A program made the position numbers and the translations under genes. 56,860 bases of DNA, taken from assembly GCA_001796525.1 (NCBI GenBank), contig MGMT01000024.1, forward strand, positions 1 to 56,860. The letters are read 5' to 3'. Every line of letters begins with the position of its first letter. Within the stretch, counting starts at the first letter, position 1. Positions 51,791 to 56,860 of this stretch are shown here, one piece after another. The notes under the pieces were generated by a model that ran no database searches, was not told the origin of the DNA, and saw only the letters and a program-made list of their open reading frames with translations. The DNA is from Chloroflexi bacterium RBG_13_51_52 (GTDB lineage Bacteria; Chloroflexota; Dehalococcoidia; Dehalococcoidales; RBG-16-60-22).

Positions 51791-52207
51791 ATGAAGGAGA
51801 AAACGAAAATACTTACCATCAGCCGGGACCAGTCTCTGGTTACTTTACTGCAGCAAGAGCTTAATGATGGTGATTACGAAATAATTAACACTGAACATGG
51901 CGATATTCACCTTAAGGATGTAGTCGATGCCGAAAATCCGGAATTTATTATTCTGGATATCGTTATGCCGTCACTCGATGGCATCGGCACCTGCCTGCAG
52001 CTTCGGCAATGGACACAGACCCCCATCATGATGCTAAGTACATGGGATACCAGAGACGGCATGGTTAGAGGTCTTAATCTCGGAGCTGAAAGTTACCTGA
52101 CCGAGCCTTTCAGTGTGGATATTCTGAAAATGCGGATCGAAGACACGTTGAAACGCACCATCGTAACCTCCGGCACCCTGTATAACATACAAACCAACCA
52201 GAACTAA
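51791..52207 (+). CDS. Stand-alone receiver-domain protein
   Basis: ...FIILDIVMPSLDG...PIMMLS...YLTEPF... The N-terminal acidic pair is degenerate (ILTISRDQS). Confidence 0.75.
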   Translation: MKEKTKILTISRDQSLVTLLQQELNDGDYEIINTEHGDIHLKDVVDAENPEFIILDIVMPSLDGIGTCLQLRQWTQTPIMMLSTWDTRDGMVRGLNLGAESYLTEPFSVDILKMRIEDTLKRTIVTSGTLYNIQTNQN

Positions 52208-52223
52208 AACAAAAGGAGATAAA

Positions 52224-52460
52224 ATGGCAGAATGTGAATGCTTGAACGGATGTCCGTTCTTTAATGATAAAATGAAAGACACCGACGGGCTTGGGGCGAT
52301 GTTTAAGGAAAAGTACTGCCTTGGTGATAATTCTGAATGCGCCAGATACATGATTTTCAAGACGCTTGGCAAACCAAGTATTCCTGTAGACCTTTACCCT
52401 AATATGCACGAGCGTGCCAAGAAAGTCCTCTCGGGGCAAATTGTTTCGGGGCAAAAATAA
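52224..52460 (+). CDS. Small Cys-rich protein (78 aa)
   Basis: CECLNGCPFFN...YCLGDNSECARY, six Cys residues. It starts 16 nt after the receiver gene behind the RBS AAAGGAGA. Confidence 0.6.
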   Translation: MAECECLNGCPFFNDKMKDTDGLGAMFKEKYCLGDNSECARYMIFKTLGKPSIPVDLYPNMHERAKKVLSGQIVSGQK

Positions 52461-52554
52461 AATAACCAACATGCGACTCCACACAGAAATGCTACCACCC
52501 TAGTGAGTCGTAGCGATATAAAAGCTAATTATTTCGTCAATATCAAAAAGTTTT

Positions 52555-52589
52555 AGGACTTAGCCAATAAAATGCTAAGTCCTTTTTTT
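52555..52589 (+). terminator. Rho-independent terminator
   Basis: AGGACTTAGC (52555-52564) pairs with GCTAAGTCCT (52574-52583), followed by TTTTTT. Confidence 0.8.
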
Positions 52590-52768
52590 ATCAATTAATC
52601 GCCTGATTACGCCCATTACTTGTCCTGAAGAACGTTTATTTTTTATTTACACCCTTACCCCGTCAATTTATGATTTATTACTCATTTCAACGATAAGCTG
52701 TAACTACGGTTGAAAGCTCATAGAGCTCCATTCCGGTTACTTAAACTTGATAAATTAGGTCGCTTGAA

Positions 52769-53284
52769 ATGAAAAGAACTCTCTTTTTTCTTATATTCGC
52801 AGCAATTTTACTCATTCCCTGCGGCGTAGCTTATGCCTACGATGAAGTCAATGCGACCGAAAACTCCATGACAATCGAACCGGCTGACCCAACGCAAGTA
52901 CCACACATCAACGTGTTCGGCAACGTTATAGGCGGAGTTGAGGCAGGTGACCTTTTCCAGATCGATGTCTCCGGCACGATAGTTGATACACCGTTCACTC
53001 TTTATATCACAAATGTAGATGAACTCGTTCACAGTTATAGATATATGAATCTCAATGTGGGAGTTTATGTTCAAACAGATATCGACCAATGGGAGAAAAT
53101 GACGGCAATCGCCGGAGAGCCACTCCCGGATATATATATAACAATGCAAAACGGCATGGTGAGTTTCACACTGCCGGGTAACGCCAAATACAAGATTACT
53201 ATTGATAAAGGCTGTTTCCACAGTTATAGCATTACACCAGGGGAAAGCGTAGCGATACCCAGCTTCTATCTGACCACAAGCTAA
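52769..53284 (+). CDS. Secreted hypothetical protein
   Basis: Sec-type signal peptide MKRTLFFLIFAAILLIPCGVAYA|YDE. The mature part is predicted beta-rich. Weak RBS. Confidence 0.55.
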   Translation: MKRTLFFLIFAAILLIPCGVAYAYDEVNATENSMTIEPADPTQVPHINVFGNVIGGVEAGDLFQIDVSGTIVDTPFTLYITNVDELVHSYRYMNLNVGVYVQTDIDQWEKMTAIAGEPLPDIYITMQNGMVSFTLPGNAKYKITIDKGCFHSYSITPGESVAIPSFYLTTS

Positions 53285-53334
53285 ATAAATAAGGTCGAGA
53301 AGGATACGGAATACAAAAACTTGCGGAGGTAATT

Positions 53335-53553
53335 ATGATTATACTGTGGATTAGAAAAAGGAAGACCGATAAGAATGCTATTACCGAAAAAAAAGAGAGA
53401 CAGTCTTTTGAGCAACACGATGATATTATGAAAAGATTCCGCCTCGAACACCCGGATGTAAATATCATCGATGCCAAAGACATTTTTGCGGACGAGGGGA
53501 ATCTGCTGGTGCCGGTACAACAGGTAAAACTACCGGTAAATATCCAGAATTAG
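53335..53553 (+). CDS. Small hypothetical protein (72 aa)
   Basis: ORF behind GCGGAGG, followed by a terminator-like hairpin. No recognisable family. Confidence 0.35.
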   Translation: MIILWIRKRKTDKNAITEKKERQSFEQHDDIMKRFRLEHPDVNIIDAKDIFADEGNLLVPVQQVKLPVNIQN

Positions 53554-53597
53554 CACATTAAAATCTTAAAGATTGTAAATAATTTTACAAGGCGGGT

Positions 53598-53640
53598 GAA
53601 AAAAGCTTCCCAGGCAGTAACGGGCGGGGAAGCTTTTTTC
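53598..53640 (+). terminator. Rho-independent terminator-like hairpin
   Basis: AAGCTTCCC (53603-53611) pairs with GGGAAGCTT (53627-53635), followed by a T-run. A flanking A-run/T-run extends the stem. Confidence 0.6.
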
Positions 53641-53723
53641 TTTGGTTTATATGTAATTTTAGCCTGTTTAAGCTTGCTACAACAGGTTTCAAGATGATAA
53701 AATTATGTACAGTTACTCAAACC

Positions 53724-53799
53724 GGGCCGCTAGCTCAACTGGCAGAGCAGATGACTCTTAATCATCAGGTTCGAGGTTCGATTCCTCGGCGGCTCACCA
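53724..53799 (+). tRNA. tRNA-Lys (anticodon CUU) with genomically encoded CCA
   Basis: Hand-folded cloverleaf. Acceptor stem GGGCCGC/GCGGCTC, D arm GCTC-AACTGGC-AGAGC, anticodon stem GATGA/TCATC with loop CTCTTAA, T arm CGAGG-TTCGATT-CCTCG, discriminator A, then CCA. 76 nt. Confidence 0.9.
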
Positions 53800-53849
53800 A
53801 TTTTCAACTGACTATATGCCAGTCTTTTAATTTACACTTCTTGCAAAGG

Positions 53850-55688
53850 TTATCCCGGAGGAGGCCCAAACCCAGGGGGGAATTGCCCCGGCGGCCAAAG
53901 CTCTTCAGCTATTTCAATTAAGCCAAGTTCTATTAGTTTATTCTTGCTGGGTTTGGTGGTTACCATATCCCAATCAAGAGCGCCAAGGTTCCAGTAATTT
54001 TGAGCCTTGGTGTTGATTGTCACACCCGCGAGCGGTCCCTCCTTTTGAGGAGGTTCACCGTATACCCTTGGATGCGCGTACCAGTCCAACTCATTGATAC
54101 CCTCGCGCAGGTTAAAGACATGCCTCATATTAGCAATTCTCTCGCCCGTCTTAAGAATATCGTCAACGGTATAGTTAAGACCGGTAACCGCGGTCATAAA
54201 TTCCGCCAGTTTTGCCGGTCCTGACCCGAAACCGAATCCAATAAGGCACAGTCCGCTAGCGTTTACCACATGCCCGCTGAAACCACCAGGACCAAAGCCC
54301 TGGGTATGACGGCCCGGAGTAGCATCCATCTGATAGCGAGCAAATGCAGACATACCACCGAATCCTGCGAGTTTGGGGTCATGCATACCCACCTCCTGCC
54401 CGCCGACGTGTACGGCGAACTTCTTCGCTCCCTTGCCCATTTTCTCCGCCGCCACCTTTACGCCATCGGCAAGTTTATCACCGATACCTTCTCTTTTAGC
54501 CATTTTCTCGGTCATGGCTACCAGGGCTTTGTGGTTGCCCCACTTCAGGTCGATGCCATCTGTATCCTTTTTGGTAATAACACCGTTCTCATAGCACTCG
54601 ATGGCGAATGCCATGACAGTGCCGGCAGATATCGTATCCAGACCGTAGCGGTTGCAGATATCATTGACCATATTGATTGATTCGGTATTGCTGTTGCCAC
54701 AATTAGCCCCAAAGCTTCCCTGGGTCTCATATTCCGGCCTCCGGATGCCGCCCGGGTATTTGTACTGGCCGGTGCCTTCCTTTAGAATCGCTTTGCACGC
54801 CACCGGACAATGCCAGCAACCACCAAGTTTCTGTACATATTTTTCCAACACTTCCGCTTTAAGTCCCTCGACATCCGGAAGGTCAATAATGCCGATACCG
54901 CCCCAGTTCCTGACCGGAGTATCTCCGCTGTGAGCAGAGTTGGCAGTTAAAGCAGAGGTGCCGAATCTATGTAATCCCTCCAAATTCATAGGACCGGGGG
55001 TTTGGAGTGATTTCACGTGTTCTTTTCTCAATCTCTCAGCGGTCTCTTTATCCGCTATGGGTACCGGCATGGTACCCCTCGCCACTACCGCCTTTAATTT
55101 CTTGGAACCCATGACCGCTCCCAAGCCGGAGCGTCCAGCCGCCGAGCCTTTATCCGTCATAATAGCTGATATAAGCGACAACTTTTCTCCGGCCGGGCCG
55201 ATACAGGCAACGCGGCTCTGCTTGCCGTATTCCGCTTCCAGAGTACTCTCAGTTTCATAAGCATCTTTTCCCCAGAGATGGCTGGCATCTTTCAGTTCCG
55301 CTTTACCCTCATCAATGAGCAGATAAACTGGCTTCCGCGATGCGCCCGTAAAGAAAACCCCATCATAACCGGAAAACTTGAGGTAAGGACCGAAGAATCC
55401 CCCCGAGTTAGCATCTCCCCATCCTCCGGTAAGCGGTGATTTCGCCACGGCGGCGTAACGGGCGCCGGAAGGAATCGGTGTACCGGTAAATGGGCCGGTG
55501 ACCAGTCCAAGTATATTATCCGGTCCCAACGGATCCGCTCCGGGCTTCATGCGGTCGTAAAGAATCCTTGCCCCGAGACCATAACCACCGATATAGTCTT
55601 TGTAAAGGCTTTTCTTTGGTTTCTCTTCTTTAATCTTTCCCGTGGAAAGATTCACCCATAATATTTTTCCCATGTATCCACCAGCCAT
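53850..55688 (-). CDS. aor: Aldehyde:ferredoxin oxidoreductase (tungstopterin AOR family)
   Basis: N-terminus GKILWVNLSTGKIKEE...YIGGYGLGARILY, Fe-S motif GGCWHCPVACK. It ends in an unusual P/G-rich tail, WPPGQFPPGFGPPPG. Confidence 0.9.
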   Translation of the reverse strand: MAGGYMGKILWVNLSTGKIKEEKPKKSLYKDYIGGYGLGARILYDRMKPGADPLGPDNILGLVTGPFTGTPIPSGARYAAVAKSPLTGGWGDANSGGFFGPYLKFSGYDGVFFTGASRKPVYLLIDEGKAELKDASHLWGKDAYETESTLEAEYGKQSRVACIGPAGEKLSLISAIMTDKGSAAGRSGLGAVMGSKKLKAVVARGTMPVPIADKETAERLRKEHVKSLQTPGPMNLEGLHRFGTSALTANSAHSGDTPVRNWGGIGIIDLPDVEGLKAEVLEKYVQKLGGCWHCPVACKAILKEGTGQYKYPGGIRRPEYETQGSFGANCGNSNTESINMVNDICNRYGLDTISAGTVMAFAIECYENGVITKKDTDGIDLKWGNHKALVAMTEKMAKREGIGDKLADGVKVAAEKMGKGAKKFAVHVGGQEVGMHDPKLAGFGGMSAFARYQMDATPGRHTQGFGPGGFSGHVVNASGLCLIGFGFGSGPAKLAEFMTAVTGLNYTVDDILKTGERIANMRHVFNLREGINELDWYAHPRVYGEPPQKEGPLAGVTINTKAQNYWNLGALDWDMVTTKPSKNKLIELGLIEIAEELWPPGQFPPGFGPPPG

Positions 55689-55792
55689 AGTTATCTCCTT
55701 TCACCAAATAAACTTAGATATACTTTAATTCTACTAATGAGTTTGTTTCGGTGTCAAACACGAGATATATTCAACGCATACTCTGGAATTCC

Positions 55793-55821
55793 TTGACAAA
55801 ACAAATTAGCGATATTATTAT
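55793..55821 (+). promoter_or_regulatory. sigma70-type promoter for the small membrane peptide gene
   Basis: TTGACA (55793-55798), 17-nt spacer, TATTAT (55816-55821). Confidence 0.55.
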
Positions 55822-55863
55822 ATTCAACACCCCGCTTTATAAAAAGTCGGAAAAGGAGACAGT

Positions 55864-55944
55864 ATGAAACTGAAACTCGCCGTACTTATTCTGGGCGTTA
55901 TACTCATAGTGGTAGGAATCGTACTTTTACTGACCAAAGCATAA
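55864..55944 (+). CDS. 26-aa single-TM peptide
   Basis: AGGAG (55854-55858) lies 5 nt before the ATG. Translation: MKLKLAVLILGVILIVVGIVLLLTKA*. It has its own consensus-like promoter. Below the ORF-track cutoff. Confidence 0.5.
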   Translation: MKLKLAVLILGVILIVVGIVLLLTKA

Positions 55945-55978
55945 AATAATCCCAATTTAGTCAACAATTCTCTCGTGT

Positions 55979-56860
55979 TCACAAGACCTGCTTAATAGCA
56001 GCCTTGATTTTCTCCCGGTCAGGCAAGACAAAATGCTCCATCGGAGGGCTGTAAGGAATAGGGGTATCAAGACCGCAGACACGTTTCGGAGGCGATTTCA
56101 ACCGACCGAACGTTTTATCATCCTCGGTAACTAAAGAGATAATTTCCGAAGCCGCACTGCATGTCTGGCAGGCTTCATCCACGACAACCAATCGTCCTGT
56201 TTTAGCCACGGAATTTCTTATCGTTTCTTTATCCAGCGGAACCAGCGTCCGCGGGTCGATGACCTCAACAGATATTCCCTGTTTTTCCATTTCTCCCGCC
56301 ACCGCCAGGCTCTCATGTACCATGCGTGATAGGGCTACCACGGTTACATCGGAACCCGCTTTTTTTATATCCGCCCTGCCGAACGGAATAGTATAATCCT
56401 CATCCGGCACGTCATCGACCACCGGTCCCAATAAGGTATGCTCAAATGAAATCACGGGATTATTATCCCTGAGCGCAGTCTTTAACAGGCCTTTAATGTC
56501 ATAGGCAGTAGAAGGAAGAATGATTTTTAATCCCGGCACGTTCATATACATGGAATAAGGGCATATCGAATGCTGCGCTGCAAAAGACATGCCCGCCCCT
56601 ATTGACATCCGTATTAATATGGGAAAGGTAGACTGCCCGCCGAACATATAGGTTATCTTGGCTGCCTGATTTACCATCTGGTCCATCGCCACGAAACCGA
56701 ATGTAGCCATACGAATATCCGCTATCGCCCGGTATCCCGAGCCTGCCAGTCCAATTGAAGCGCCGACGAAGGCTGACTCCGAGATAGGAGTGACCCTAAC
56801 TCTCTCTTCACCGAATTCTTCCCTCAACTCCGCGGGCAAATCGGTAGACATGTGGACTAT
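55979..56860 (-). CDS. 2-oxoacid (pyruvate/acetoin/branched-chain) dehydrogenase E1 component beta subunit, 5'-truncated by the window edge
   Basis: ...FGEERVRVTPISESAFVGASIGLAGSGYRAI... and a transketolase C-terminal-like domain. The frame stays open upstream of the track's ATG (..IVHMSTD..) to position 56860. Confidence 0.85.
   Translation of the reverse strand: MVHMSTDLPAELREEFGEERVRVTPISESAFVGASIGLAGSGYRAIADIRMATFGFVAMDQMVNQAAKITYMFGGQSTFPILIRMSIGAGMSFAAQHSICPYSMYMNVPGLKIILPSTAYDIKGLLKTALRDNNPVISFEHTLLGPVVDDVPDEDYTIPFGRADIKKAGSDVTVVALSRMVHESLAVAGEMEKQGISVEVIDPRTLVPLDKETIRNSVAKTGRLVVVDEACQTCSAASEIISLVTEDDKTFGRLKSPPKRVCGLDTPIPYSPPMEHFVLPDREKIKAAIKQVL

Noticed and set aside
50250-53723. A genomic island integrated at tRNA-Lys, suggested by AT-rich small genes next to the tRNA
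   Set aside because: I could find no integrase, no direct repeat of the tRNA 3' end and no mobile-element genes in the window.
53694-53921. 75-aa plus-strand ORF
   Set aside because: It reads straight through the tRNA-Lys gene (53724-53799) and into the antisense of the AOR 3' end. It is spurious.
1-56860. The window being archaeal, which would make the archaellum ordinary
   Set aside because: It has sigma70-type -35/-10 promoters, OmpR/NarL/LuxR regulators, LemA/HtpX, a lipobox lipoprotein and a bacterial-style tRNA-Lys with encoded CCA. No archaeal information-processing genes are visible. This is judged by eye and cannot be proven without a marker-gene search.
1-56860. CRISPR arrays, rRNA genes, transposons or IS elements
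   Set aside because: No regularly spaced direct repeats, rRNA-like sequence, or transposase or integrase ORFs were seen on either strand.

Overview
The window reads as a bacterial chromosome segment. Evidence: Shine-Dalgarno sites, several textbook sigma70-type promoters, a tRNA-Lys with encoded CCA, NarL/OmpR/LuxR two-component systems, an Opp/Dpp-type ABC transporter and a LemA/HtpX module. It is probably from an anaerobic Chloroflexota-like organism, but that lineage is inference only. I count about 55 protein genes and 1 tRNA, with no CRISPR, transposase or integrase.

Layout:
- 1-3.7 kb (-): 5' end of a phage-tail-like contractile injection system (sheath, tube, Zn-ribbon protein), cut by the window edge.
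- 4.1-7.0 kb: GAF histidine kinase, NarL-type regulator and an output-less tandem receiver.
- 7.0-14.8 kb: an FdhA/NuoG-like protein lacking the formate dehydrogenase catalytic residues, then NuoE-like, a NuoF-GltD fusion, MetV and MetF.
- 15.1-20.9 kb: peptide ABC transporter.
- 21.0-23.3 kb (-): zf-TFIIB / LemA / M48 protease.
- 23.5-33.4 kb: URO-D-like protein, TPP enzyme, carboxylesterase, a Tat-less molybdoenzyme in B-C-A gene order, and a Zn-ADH.
- 35.4-45.4 kb: an archaeal-type archaellum gene cluster. It has an archaellin remnant, two archaellins, three ArlF/G-like genes, ArlJ, a small coiled-coil ORF, ArlC/D/E-like, ArlH, ArlI and an acidic orphan.
- 34.3-35.0 kb and 45.6-50.2 kb: an atypical LuxR regulator and a four-gene phosphorelay flank that cluster.
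- 50.3-56.9 kb: NTF2-like and cupin-like proteins with polybasic tails, a receiver plus a Cys-rich small protein, tRNA-Lys, tungsten-type AOR, a 26-aa membrane peptide and a partial 2-oxoacid dehydrogenase E1-beta.

The strongest candidate for an unusual system is the archaellum machinery in a bacterial context. The second is the MetFV / NuoEF-GltD / degenerate FdhA-like module. All family calls rest on motif recognition by eye; no database search was run.
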